Positions 1-11,939 of a stretch of DNA of 64,000 nucleotides are shown piece by piece. The notes beneath the pieces were generated by a model, which was given only the letters and a program-made list of their open reading frames with translations, was not told where the DNA came from and searched no databases. Location: positions 4,898,001 to 4,962,000 of the forward strand of contig NC_082717.1 of assembly GCF_030144855.1 (NCBI RefSeq), given 5' to 3'. This stretch comes from Hypanus sabinus. Its lineage: Eukaryota. Every line of letters begins with the position of its first letter. Positions within the stretch are counted from its first letter, which is position 1. A program made the translations under genes and the position numbers.

Positions 1-42
1 GTTCTTTAACCTGTCACGGGGTACGTGACACTGTATACTGAT

Positions 43-600
43 TTATAAATGGTGCCTCTGGGGTGGGAAGATGATCAAATTTAGCAGGGCACTTTTCATA
101 TTTTTTTGGCAAATCTCACAAGTTTTAGCCAACTGTTCTGCTGCTACTGTTAACCCTGGCGGAAACCACTGCTTCATATTTGGAGCGTCACTCCTCCTCT
201 TCCCACGCCCTTGGCCATGTGTCAGTCTAACAAGGGCACAGAGGAGACTACAGGGACAAATGGGGTGCGACCATAATCCCCCAGCATCACGGGTGCAGCT
301 TTCATTTTTCCAAAGCTGCACTGGCTGCCTGCTGCACAACTGGTAAGGAATCTGTGGTGGGGTAGGGGAGGGGGAAGTGTTCAGGTGATGACTGTTAGGT
401 CATCGAAATGTTTAGCGGCCACGTCTGCCGCGGGCTCACCTTGTGCCATGAGGTCGGAATTACAGGTGCGGGCTTCACGTTTCATTACAGGAGTCCGTTG
501 GGACAATAAAACGCCCGTAGCAAATTCCCAATAAGATTTACTGGAGGAGGTACGTCAGTCTCCAATGCTGCCACAGGGCACTGAAATCATGAGCTACCCC
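43..600 (-). mobile_element. Endogenous retrovirus (class I-like) pol remnant: RNase H plus integrase zinc-finger region
   Basis: Minus strand reads, across frameshifts, GVAHDFSALWQH...LMAQGEPAADVAAK (retroviral RNase H-like), then ...LVRLTHGQG...KQWFPPGLTVAAEQLAKTCEICQKN (integrase HHCC-like; ORF 43..339). Confidence 0.65.
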
Positions 601-610
601 AAAAGCAAAT

Positions 611-3600
611 TGTGGCGAGCATTTGACCCACAATGACAAAGAAGCTTGTTAAACTCAACAACTCAGCTTAATTCTGATAATGACAGAAACAGCCCAAATG
701 TCATGCCCCGGAAATAGAACCAACTCAGTTTCATACAGACAGGGGAGCTGACCATCACACACCCCAGTTACAGTTATGATGACCCACAAACACACAAGCG
801 AAGAACTATATAACCCAAGCTAAAATGTAACAATAAATTAATTGGAACCTCCCATCAAAAACCCTCCAAAACATTTTAACACAGGAACAGGGAACAGCAC
901 TAGCTATTAGAAATGCAGGGGCGGGCTGTTGACCATGCCCTCCCCCGGAGCGTCATACTGCCCCCATCCGAGGGGTCAGCCATCCTCGGCAGCCCCAGTA
1001 TGCATCAAAGCCCAAAACTCCTGGTGGGGGTCGACGCTGTTACCTGAGGCGCAGGGTGTTCCAGAGGCGCCTCCAGGGGAGGCAAGAGGCGGGGCATCTG
1101 GAATGCCACTTCCTTCCTTTAGCCTCGCTGGGTTAGTGGTGGCCAAGGGCTGATACGGTGCCAGCCGGTCCCGGTGCAGTATGACTGCCTTCCGCCGGTC
1201 AGGCAATTGCACTAGTTACACCACATCGGAGATGCGCTCGAGCACCTCCCCGGCCCCCTAGTGGCTTTCAAGCCTGGGGGATAGTCTTTTCCTCTGGAGG
1301 AGCAGTGGCTACGTACTGTGGCTCCCACCATGTTCTGCTGCATGGGTGTCGGTGACTGGCGGCCCAGCCCCTTCCGGGACGTGCAAGCATTGCGGTGGTG
1401 CAAGAAGTCCTGCCTGTTCCCAGGCCAGCGGAAGCGACTGACCAATGTCTTTATGATCCCAAAGTGGTTGGCCCCTCCAGCCTCTGCACTGACTGCAGCT
1501 CCGTGGCATGAAACCCCGGGGAACCATCATCTGCAGGAGTTGTCTGTCACTGTCGGACAACTGCCACCCCTGGAACAACAACCCGTTGTGGACCTCCAGC
1601 GTATCCCACTGAGAGTATCGGGCTTTGGTCTCTGGGTCCAGGGCGGAGACCTCTCCCCACTCCGGCCGCCGTCCCACACTCTGCCATTCCCTCACCCGGG
1701 ACAACACGGATCGCTCACCTGTTCGCTGCGTAGCTGCTGGTCCACGGTGGGGAGGTCGTCGCCGGCTGTCACCTGAAGCGCCATCACTGTCGCTTGCCCG
1801 TGCTTCAGCTGTGTTGCCGGGTGTGCTGCAGTGCCGTGGGCCGCAGTGAAACTGGCGGCGGTTGTTGCTCCTGCTGGGTCCGCTCCCTGGAGCTGCCCTG
1901 CCGGACAGCCAGGGCTTCATCACCGGGGTAGAGTGTTACCCCCGACACATCCACACGGGCACCCCGGCGGCACAGCTCAGCGCTCTGTAATACGGGTCTG
2001 CCCGAGGGAACACCTTCCTTCCCAGGCCCCCAATGTACAGGAGAAGCACCCCTGCGTTCAGTCCACGCTGGAAGGCAATGATGAGACATCTCTCATTCCA
2101 CCCCGTCTCTACTGCAAGGGTACGGAATTTGACTGCATAGGCTCTCACAGTTCCTCTGCCTTGACGCAGGTTCAAGAATCGGTGGGCAGCCTCCTGACCC
2201 CGTACTGGAAGATCAAAAACCCTGTCTATACTTTGGACTTCAGATGCAACTCAGGGTCCTGGCAGCTGCAGAATTTTCAAATGTTTCGGCAGCTGTGGGC
2301 TGTATCGGTCAGGGTCCAGAGGCTGAGTACAGAAGAGTGGTGGACAACTTTGTTGAGGGGTGTGGGCCGAATCACCTGCAGCTCGGCATCACTAAGACAA
2401 AGGAGTTGGTGGTGGACTTCAGGAAGGTGAAAACACCCTGCATTCCCATCTCCATCAAGGGAACGGATGTGGAAATCATCCAGGACTACAAATACCTGGG
2501 AACTCACCTGGACAATAAACTGGACTGGACTTAGAATTCTGTGGCTCTGTAGAAGAAGGGACAGAGCCGACTGTACTTCCTGAGCAGGTTCCGGTCATTC
2601 AACGTCTGCAGTACTCTGCCGCAGATGCTCTACGACTCGGTGGTGGCCGGCATTCTATTCTACGCTGCAGTCTGCCGGGGCAGCAGAGGGAAGGGCAGCT
2701 GACGCCAAGAAGATCGATAAACTCGTGGGGAAGGCTGGTTCTGTTCTGGGAGTGGAACTGGATTCCCTGGTGGTTGTGGCTCAGAGGAGGATGGAAATCT
2801 TCAAGGCCCTTTTACCTTCCTGTTGCCCCAGTGCCGTCTACCATGATGCCCATCCTCCCGTGGTTACGGTGTCTTGGGTTATCCTGTACGGGTAGTGCTG
2901 CGCTCCGCTCTGTCCCCCGGGCTGGGCAGCCTGGGTACGCTTGGTTCGCTGGGGTTCCCTGGGAAGGCAGGATGCTCGGTTTCCGGGTCCTCCTCCGGGT
3001 CCTGTCTTCACGAGCCCTGCCCCGTAGACGCGGGGGAGGCATTTTGCTCCGTCCCTTGTCTTATTCCCAGGTTTTACGGAACTCTACCCGAAGTCGTAGC
3101 TCCTGAATCTCATCGTCAATCTCGCATCCCAGTTCTGACATCAATGTGGCGAGCATTTGATCCACAATGACAGACGAGGAAGCTCTTTAAGACAACAACC
3201 GTTTTATTGTTTTAATTAAACAAAATATACTTTATTCAAAAATGAAATTATGTACAATAAACCATTCAATGTCTCCCAGTCCTTTACAAATGTTTCCATT
3301 ACGGTCTTTACATTTCCACACTTTTAGCCACCCACGTGTCACTCTGTTGTTTCATATTTACATACCCCTTTTGAGGAGCGTACTCCCCGCCATCCTACCC
3401 CTCAACTCCCAAGGGAGAAGAACTCTAAACTGTGGTCCCTCCCGCACAAAACAGACGGGGCACCATGACCCGGATAGTGAACCCAACCAGTCTCACACCG
3501 ACCATCACACACCCCGGTTACAGTCAGGGAGACCCACAAATAAACAAGTAAGTAACCTTAACGCAAGCTAAAATGTAACAATAAATGAACTGGAACTTCG

Positions 3601-3705
3601 CACCATAAACGCACAAAAGCATTTTAACACAAGAACAATTAACAGTGCTGGTCATTAGAAATACAGGGGCAGGCTGTCGACCACACCCCCACCCAGAGCG
3701 TTACT
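611..3705 (-). mobile_element. Degenerate, internally deleted Gypsy LTR retrotransposon
   Basis: Direct repeats starting tgtggcgagcatttga at 611 and 3145. PPT-like gggggcag next to the 611-957 LTR and PBS-like tgatgtcagaactgggat next to the 3145 LTR (minus strand). Gag-like ORF 1936..2175 (LRQGRGTVRAYAVKFRTLAVETGWNE); integrase pieces at 976..1923 (LHRDRLAPY). No RT seen. Confidence 0.7.
2244..2790 (+). mobile_element. L2/Rex-type LINE RT fragment inside the Gypsy element
   Basis: ORF 2244..2534 NHLQLGITKTKELVVDFRK...YKYLGTHLDNKLDW, typical of the LINE RT C-terminal region. Confidence 0.75.
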
Positions 3706-4390
3706 ATGTTTCTGACTCTGTCTGTTCAACCTTGCAACGATAATTTCCTTCGGGATAAATAAAGTTTTGTCTTATCTTAATATTCCAAGTTAGACCTCAC
3801 CATCAGCATACAACCTGGTTGGCTGGGGATATTATGTAGACAGGGGGATTAGTTTCATTGGCCATTTGATACCAATAGCATTCTTTTGGCACACCCATTG
3901 TGAGCAATGTTCTGTGTCTCTGTAGTGTGCAGTTTTTCATTGACTCTATTGTGTTTATGTCTATTTGTAATGAATGCCCACAAGCAAATGAAACTCTGGG
4001 TGGCATATGGTGACATATGTTTCATACGTTCATTCATTATGTATCATTTGTTCATTCACATTGAAGAAGGAAGAGCAGTAGATGTAGTGGAAATGGATTT
4101 CAACAAGGCATTTGATAAAGTACCCCATGCAAGACTTACTGAGAAAGTAAGGAAGCATGGGATCCATGAGGACATTGCTTTGTGGATCCAGAACTGGCTT
4201 GCCCACAGAAGGCAAAGAGTGGTTGTAGACATGTCATGTTCTGCATGGAGGTCGGTCACCAGTGGAGTGCCTCAGGGATCTGTTCTGCGACCCTTACTCT
4301 TCGTGATTTTTATAAATGACCTGGATGAGGAAGTGGAGGGATGGGTTAGTAAGTTTGCTGATAACACAAAGGTTGGAGGTATTGTGGATA

Positions 4391-6981
4391 TGTCATGGTC
4401 CGGATCAGTCCCCCTTTAAATTTAGTAAGGTTGCATTATGATCCGGACCATTGACTCTTTGTTTCCCTCTAATTCCGTTTCACGTGTCCCTTGAAGCTTG
4501 GCAATTAAGGTGATCTACTCTTGACCTGAACCAGCAGCTTATAGCTGTTCAGGGTGAGAGTGTTAAGAAGCCTTAGCAAGTTGCCGTCGCTACAACAAGC
4601 CAGAGTTATTCAGCCCGCATCGGAGTACCAGCAACTCACCTCCCTGCGCCAGAGTGGGTCCGGGCAAGGTCAATCTGCCAGGGGTGAGAGCAAGGCGGAG
4701 TCCTGACTCGACATTCATTCCCCTTGTCTGTGTCTACCCTCGAATAGTCCCAGCTCGGTGCCTGAGTTGAAGGCAGAGTTCCGGCTCGATGTCATGCCCA
4801 GTGTCTGTGTCTATGCCTCGACGAAGAGTCCTGGCTTGATGCCTGATTTGAAGGAGGAGTCCTGGCTCAAGGTTCCTTGTCCTGTGTTTTGGTGTCCACA
4901 TTTCTGGCTGTAACAATCCATGGGGTCCAAGTTTCTGGTGGCGGTGAATCAAGGTCCTAGTCTACTAGTCCAAGGGCCACGTCTGTCCATGTTCCCACCG
5001 CCTGAGTCCAAGGGCCGCGGCTGTCCATGTTCCCACCGCCCGAGTCCAAGGGCCACGTCTGTCCATGTTCCCACTGTCCAAGTCCGCGGCTGTCCATGTT
5101 CCCACCGCCCGAGTCCAAGGGCCACGTCTGTCCATGTTCCCACCGCCCGAGTCCAAGGGCCACGTCTGTCCATGTTCCCACTGTCCAAGTCCGCGGCTAT
5201 CCATGTTCCCACCGCCCGAGTCCAAGGGCCGCGGCTGTCCATGTTCCCACCGCCCGAGTCCAAGGGCCACGTCTGTCCATGTTCCCACTGTCCAAGTCCG
5301 CGGCTGTCCATGTTCCCACCGCCCGAGTCCAAGGGCCGCGGCTGTCCATGTTCCCACCGCCCGAGTCCAAGGGCCGCGGCTGTCCATGTTCCCACCTCCC
5401 GAGTCCAAGGGCCGCGGCTGTCCATGTTCCCACCGCCCGAGTCCAAGGGCCACGTCTGTCCATGTTCCCACTGTCCAAGTCCGCGGCTGTCCATGTTCCC
5501 ACTGTCCGAGTCCAAGGGCCACGTCTGTCCATGTTCCCACTGTCCAAGTCCGCGGCTGTCCATGTTCCCACTGTCCGAGTCCAAGGGCCGCGGCTGTCCA
5601 TGTTCCCACCGCCCGAGTCCAAGGGCCGCGGCTGTCCATGTTCCCACCTCCCGAGTCCAAGGGCCGCGGCTGTCCATGTTCCCACCGCCTGAGTCCAAGG
5701 GCCGCGGCTGTCCATGTTCCCACCGCCCGAGTCCAAGGGCCACGTCTGTCCATGTTCCCACCGCCTGAGTCCAAGGGCCGCGGCTGTCCATGTTCCCACC
5801 GCCCGAGTCCAAGGGCCGCGGCTGTCCATGTTCCCACTGTCCAAGTCCGCGGCTGTCCATGTTCCCACCTCCCGAGTCCAAGGGCCACGTCTGTCCATGT
5901 TCCCACCGCCTGAGTCCAAGGGCCGCGGCTGTCCATGTTCCCACTGTCCAAGTCCGCGGCTGTCCATGTTCCCACCTCCCGAGTCCAAGGGCCACGTCTG
6001 TCCATGTTCCCACTGTCCACGTCCGCGGCTGTCCATGTTCCCACCGCCCGAGTCCAAGGGCCGCGGCTGTCCATGTTCCCACCGCCCGAGTCCAAGGGCT
6101 GTGGCTGTCCATGTTCCCACCTCCCAAGTCCAAGGGCCGCGGCTGTCCATGTTCCCACCTCCCAAGTCCAAGGGCCGCGGCTGTCCATGTTCCCACCTCC
6201 CAAGTCCAAGGGCTGTGGCTGTCCATGTTCCCACCTCCCAAGTCCAAGGGCCGCGGCTGTCCATGTTCCCACCTCCCAAGTCCAAGGGCCGCGGCTGTCC
6301 ATGTTCCCACCTCCCAAGTCCAAGGGCTGTGGCTGTCCATGTTCCAACCTCCCAAGTCCAAGGGCCGCGGCTGTCCATGTTCCCACCTCCCAAGTCCAAG
6401 CGCCGCGGCTGTCCATGTTCCCACCTCCCAAGTCCAAGGGCTGTGGCTGTCCATGTTCCCACCTCCCAAGTCCAAGGGCCGCGGCTGTCCATGTTCCCAC
6501 CTCCCAAGTCCAAGGGCCGCGGCTGTCCATGTTCCCACCTCCCAAGTCCAAGGGCCGCGGCTGTCCATGTTCCCACCGCCCGAGTCCAAGGGCTGTGGCT
6601 GTCCATGTTCCCACCTCCCAAGTCCAAGGGCTGTGGCTGTCCATGTTCCCACCTCCCAAGTCCAAGGGCCGCGGCTGTCCATGTTCCCACTGTCCAAGTC
6701 CGCGGCTGTCCATGTTCCCACTGTCCAAGTCCAAGGGCCATGGCTGTCCATGTTCCCACTGTTCTAGTCATGGCCGCGGCTATCCATGTTCCCTGTCTCC
6801 AAGTCCCAGGTCCGTGGCAATCCAAGTCCCTCATCCAAGGTTCGTGTTCCTCTTTGTCCTCCTTGATTTCCTGATTTTCTGTGTAGTGAGTAATAAATGC
6901 TATTTTATTGAACCTAAGAAAGATGTGTTTGTGTCCTGCGTGTGGGTCTTCTCCCAGCACCCTTGTCCCCTCCTCGTGACA
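4391..6981 (+). mobile_element. Solo LTR (2591 bp) with an internal minisatellite expansion
   Basis: TGTCATG...CGTGACA termini; 5-bp TSD GGATA (4386-4390 and 6982-6986); AATAAA near 6892; same family as 9257..10309. Confidence 0.85.
4960..6790. repeat. GC-rich minisatellite of interspersed 38-bp and 31-bp units
   Basis: Units tgtccatgttcccaccgcccgagtccaagggccgcggc (38 bp) and tgtccatgttcccactgtccaagtccgcggc (31 bp); explains the long repetitive ORFs on both strands. Confidence 0.95.
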
Positions 6982-8189
6982 GGATAGTGTGGAGGGCAGT
7001 CAGAGGTTACAGCAGGACATTGATAAGATGCAAAACTGGGCTGAGAAGTGGCAGATGGAGTTCAACCCAGATAACTGTAAGTTGGTTCATTTTGGTAGGT
7101 CAAATATGATGGCAGAATATTCTATTAATGGTAAGACTTTTGACAGTGTGGAGGATCAGAGGGATCTTAGGGTCCGAGTCCATAGTACGCTCATAGGATT
7201 GACTCTGTGGTTAAGAAGACGTACGGTGCATTGGCCTTCACCAATCATGGAATTGAATTTAGGAGCCAAGAGGTAATGTTCTGCTGTATAGGACCCTGGT
7301 CAGACCCCACTTGGAGTACTGTGCTCAGTTCTGGTTGCTTCACTACAGGAAGGATGTGGAAGCCACAGAAAGGGTGCAGAGGAGATTTACAAGGATGTTG
7401 CCTGGATTGGGGAGCATGCCTTATGAAAATAGGGTGAGTGAACTCAGCCTTTTCTCCTTGCAGTGAAAGAGGATGAGAGGTGACCTGATAGAGGTGTATA
7501 AGATGATGTGAGGCATTGATCGTGTGAATAGTCAAAGGCTTTTTCCCAGGGTTTAAATGGTTGCCACAAGAGGACACAGGTTTAAGGTGCTGAGCAGTAG
7601 GTACAGAGGAGATGTCAAGGGTAAGGTTTTTACTCAGAGTAGTGAATGTGTGGAATGAGCTGCCAGCAACTGTGATGAAAGCGGATATGATAGGGTCTTT
7701 TAAGAGGCTTTTAGATCGGTACATGGAGCTTAGTAAAATAGAAGGCTGTAGTTAGACCTAGTAATTTCTAAGGTAGGGACATGTTCGGCACAACTTTGTG
7801 GGCCAAAGGGCTTGTATTGTGCTGTAGGTTTTCTGTGTTTCTATGTTTCTGTGCCGTGATGTATGAATCGGGTGATCATGGTTTCATGACCGTGATTGTT
7901 CTTGGAATTTTTTTTTCCACAGAGGTGGGTTTCCATTGCCTTCTTCTTGAGTGTCTTTGTGAGCTCAGCCATTATCATTCAGAGGTTGTCTGCCTGGTGC
8001 CAGAGGTCACATAACCTGAACTTGTGATATACACTGTCTGCTCAAACAACCACCTGATCCCATGGCTTCACACGACCCTGTTCAGGGGACTAAGCAGGTG
8101 CTACACCTTGCCCCAGGGTGACTTGCAGGCTAGCGGAGGGAAGGAGCACCAGCCATACACACACTTTGATAATAAATTTACATTGAACT

Positions 8190-8400
8190 TTGAACTGTAC
8201 TGGAAGTGTCATACTGTCATACAGATAAACGTCTGTTTTGCCTGGTGTTGGGCCGGTGTTTGCAGCCTCACCACGAGCAGCCCTACTGTCAGGAAGAGGA
8301 AACAGTGTACCTGGCTTGTTTCACACATTTCAGTCTGATATGGTGTGTGGTCATAAGGAGTGAGTTTCAGTGACAGACACGTAAACGTGGATGAAAACAT
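8190..8400 (+). repeat. Locally duplicated block, copy 1 (copy 2 at ~11940-12150)
   Basis: ctgtcatacagataaacgtct...caggaagaggaaacagtgtacctggcttgttt...ggagtgagtttcagtga is present in both places, each preceded by the same short interspersed repeat. Confidence 0.85.
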
Positions 8401-8540
8401 TTAGATACTCTGCAACACACACAAAATGCTGGTGGAAGGTAGCAGGCCAGGTAGCATCTATAGCAAGAAGCACTTTTGATGTTTTGGGTTGAGACCCTTC
8501 GTCAGGACTAACTGAAAGGAAAATGATCTGAAACTGAAAG

Positions 8541-10481
8541 GGTCTCGCCAATATATAAAAGGCCACACCGGGAGCACCGGACGCAGTATACCACACCAGC
8601 TGACTCACAGGTGAAGTGTCGCCTCACCTGGAAGGACTGTCTGGGGCCCTGAATGGTGGTGAGGGAGGAAGTGTAAGGGCAGGTGTAGCACTTGTTCTGC
8701 TTATAAGGATAAGTGCCAGGAGGGATATCGGTGGGAAGGGATGGGGGGGGGACGAGTGGACAAGGGAGTCACATAGGGAGCGATCCCTGCGAAAAGCAGA
8801 AAGGGGGGGAGGGAAAGATGTGTTTGGTAGTGGGATCCCGTTGAAGATGGCAGAAGTTACGGAGAATTGTATGTTGGACCCAGAGGCTGATAGGGTGGTA
8901 GGTGAGGACAAGGGGAACCCTATCCCAAGTGGGGTGCATTTTAGAGCAGAGTTGATGGTGGAAGAAAGGAAGCACCTTTGTTTAAAAAAGGAAGACATCT
9001 CCTTTGTCCTGGAATGAAAAGCCTCATCCTGAGAGCAGATGCAGCGGAGACAGAGGAATTGCGAGAAGGGGATGGCATTTTTGCAAGAGACAGGGTGGGA
9101 AGGGGTATAGTCCAGGTAGCTGTGAGAGTCTGTAGGCTTATAATAGATATCAGTAGATAAGCCATCTCCAGAGATGGAGACAGAAAGATCAAGAAATGGG
9201 AGGGAGGTGTCAAAAATGGACCAGGGAAGTTTGAGGGTAGGGTGAAAGTTGGAGGCTGTCATGGTCCGGATCAGTTTCCCTTTAAATTTATCTAGGTTGT
9301 GTTATGATCTGCACCTTTGACTCCTTGTTCCCCTTTAATTCCGTTTCCCGTGTCCCTCGAGCTTGGTGATTAAGGCAATCTACTCTCAACTGAACTGGCA
9401 GTTTATAAGCCCCCAGCATCAGCCGTTCGGGGCGAGAGCGTTATGGAGCATTAGAGAAGTCACCGTAGCTACTGCGAGCCAAATTCACCTAGCCGGAGCC
9501 AACTAAGTTTCTTGCCGGAGCAAGCCAAGACTCCTCCCGAAGCAAGTGCCAGCAATTTGCCTTCCCTTGCCATAGTGGGTCTGGGCAAGGTTAACCCGCC
9601 AGAGGTGAGATAAGAGCTCCCACAGCTTGGAACAAACTTGGGTCCAGTGATAGTACCATCCGTTGTCTTGTCATCTTGTATCCAGTTCAGTAGGCAGGCT
9701 GTTTGCCACTACTTGAATGGACTGCCGTTGTGTGGTCTCCGTATCCATGTCCTGTCTAAATAGACAATAGACAATAGAAAGAGAGGTCCCAGCCCTGTAC
9801 CCTAGAAGGGTTCTGACCCTGTGTTAAAGAGTCCCAGCTCCATGCCAGGTGTCTTAAGGTGGAGTCCTGGCTCAGTGTTTCATGTCCTGTGTTTGAGTAC
9901 CAAGTCCTGGCCCTGGTGTTCCAAGTCCAAAGTACCAAGTGCTGGCGGTGGTGATCCAAGTTCCCAGTGTCCAGGTCCTGGCTGCGGCATTCCAAGTCTC
10001 CAAGTCCACGGTCTGAGTTCCTCCAAGTCTCCAAGTCCAAGGTTTGTGTTCCGAGTCCTGGTTCTGATCCCAGATCTCCAAGTCCTGGCCCCCCAGACCC
10101 TGAGTCCTAGCCTAGTCCCAGGCCTGAGCCCTTGTTCATTATGCCTATTCCCATTTCCTCTTTGCCCTCCTTAACTTCCCTGTTCTATCCTTGCATCACG
10201 GCTCTCCTTGTAAAGAGTAATAAACTCTATTTTATTGAACCTTAGAAAAACGTGTTTGTGTCCTGCTTTAGGGTCCTCCTCAAGCACCCTTGCCCCCCAC
10301 CTTGTAACAGAGGCAATGTTAATGAAGTCAACGAGCTCAGCATGCGTGCAGGAGGCAGCGCCAATGCTGCCATCGGTGCAACATAGGAAAAGAGGGGGAT
10401 GGATGCCCATATAGGCTTGGAATATGGACTGTTCCACAAAGCCAACAAAAAGGCAGGCATAGCTGGGACCCATGTGGCCCA
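8541..10481 (-). mobile_element. Penelope-like element (RT/thumb plus GIY-YIG), split by a solo LTR
   Basis: GHMGPSYACLFVG (10171..10482), LPFLDLSVSISGDGLSTDIYYKPTDSHSYL (8624..9262) and VYCVRCSRCGLLYIGET at ~8542-8592. Confidence 0.85.
9257..10309 (+). mobile_element. Solo LTR (1053 bp), same family as 4391..6981
   Basis: TGTCATGGTCCGGATCAGT...TGTAACA; 5-bp TSD GAGGC (9252-9256 and 10310-10314). Confidence 0.85.
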
Positions 10482-11200
10482 TACTGCGTCAGGTGCTCCC
10501 GGTGTGGCCTTTTATATATTGATGAGACCCGACGCAGACTGGGAGACCATTTCGTTGAACACCTACCCTCTGTCCGTCAAAGAAAGCAGGATCTCCCAGT
10601 GGCCACACAGTTTAATTCCACGTCCCATTCCCATTCTGATATGTCTATCCATGGCCTCCTCTACTGTCAAGATGAAGCCACACTCAGGTTGGAGGAACAA
10701 CACCATATATACCAGTTGGGTAGCCTCCAACCTGATGGCATGAACATTGACTTCTCTAACTTCCATTAATGCACTTCCTCCCCTTCTTACCCCATCCCTG
10801 ACATACTTAGTAATTTCCCCCTCCCCTTTTTTTCTCTCTCTCTGCCCATCACTTTGCCTGTTCTCCATCTCCCTCTGGTGCTCCCCTCCCCATTTTTTTC
10901 TCCCTAGGCCTCTAGTCCCATGATCCTTTCCATTCTCCAGCTCTATCTCTTTTGCCAATCACCTTTCTGGCTCTCAGCTTCACCCCACCCCCTCCGGTCT
11001 TTTCCTATCATTTTGCATTATCCCCTCCCCCTCCTTCTTTCAAATCTCTTACTATCTTTTATTTCAGTTAGTCCTGACAAAGGGTCTTGGCCCAAAATGT
11101 CGACAGTACTTCTCCCTATAGATGCTGCCTGGCCTGCTGTGTTCCACCAGCATTTTGTGTGTGTTGCTTGAATTTCCAGCCTCTGCAAATTTCCTCATGT
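10481..11200 (+). mobile_element. Penelope-like 3' segment (GIY-YIG plus terminal repeat), inverted relative to the upstream part
   Basis: YCVRCSRCGLLYIDETRRRLGDHFVEHL on + from ~10482; typical terminus ...gtcctgacaaagggtcttggcc...caccagcattttgtgtgtgttgc. Confidence 0.8.
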
Positions 11201-11383
11201 CAGCTACTCTGCAGTTTGTTATTATTTATTTAGCGGTTTCCACAGGACTGCTCACTTGTCACCCATCACATCCTCTTCACACCCCACGCCTTTGTGCTAA
11301 AATAAGCTTTTGGAGACGTTGAAGAGGTATCAGTCACTTGTGAAAGAGCAATGAGGAACATCAGGTCCAAATGAGCTGAAGAA

Positions 11384-11432
11384 ATGTTTGCAGCAATTAT
11401 CGCATCCTTGTCTTTGTCTGTCTGTGCAGTGG
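11384..11432 (+). CDS. Candidate orphan signal-peptide (leader) exon MFAAIIASLSLSVCAV-G
   Basis: ATG at 11384, 16 hydrophobic codons plus 1 nt, then a GTGAGT donor (phase 1). Ends GTGG|GT like the 53657 leader; sits in apparently non-repeat sequence between repeats. Confidence 0.5.
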
Positions 11433-11939
11433 GTGAGTAAATTCCCAGAGTGGAGTCACCCAGTCTGAGACTGGTTTCATCTGCCTTTGAGTTTAATTGA
11501 TCATTTGTTTATTCATTATGTGCCATGTCATGTGACATAGACGATCATGGTCTTATAATCATGAGTGTTCTGGCCAAATTTTTTCACAGACGTAGTTTGC
11601 CATTGCCTTCTTCTGGGCAATCTCTTTACAAGATGGGTGTCCCCAGCCGTTATCAATATTCTTCATAGATTGTCTGAAGTCCATAACCAGGACTGGTGAT
11701 ATGCACCAGCTGCTCCCATAGCTGCACATGTCCCTGTTCAGGGGACTCAGCAGGTGTTCCACCTTGCCCAAGAGTGACCTGCAAGCTAGCGGAGGAGCAG
11801 AGGGAAGGGGTATCAGAGACACACAGACACACACAGCCCCCCCTGTTCAGGGGACTAAGCAGGTATTACAGCTGGCCCAAGTGTGACCTGCAGGCTAGCA
11901 GATTGAAGGAGCACCAGACATGTATATACTTCGAACTTT

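Larger units (their letters stand above)
4058..7850 (+). mobile_element. CR1 LINE 3' part (RT), split by a solo LTR
   Basis: [12 protein letters not shown]...GVPQGSVL...[13 protein letters not shown] (3907..4419) resumes after 6981 as (S)VEGSQRLQQDIDKMQNWAEKWQMEFNP; ends in a ttctatgt-type tail near 7850. Confidence 0.9.

Noticed and set aside
4960-6790. CRISPR-like repeat array
   Set aside because: Units are contiguous with no unique spacers, there are no cas genes, and the context is vertebrate.
4920-6987. Many 220-600 aa ORFs on both strands
   Set aside because: They are products of a stop-poor minisatellite inside a solo LTR; the translations are periodic and have no domain.
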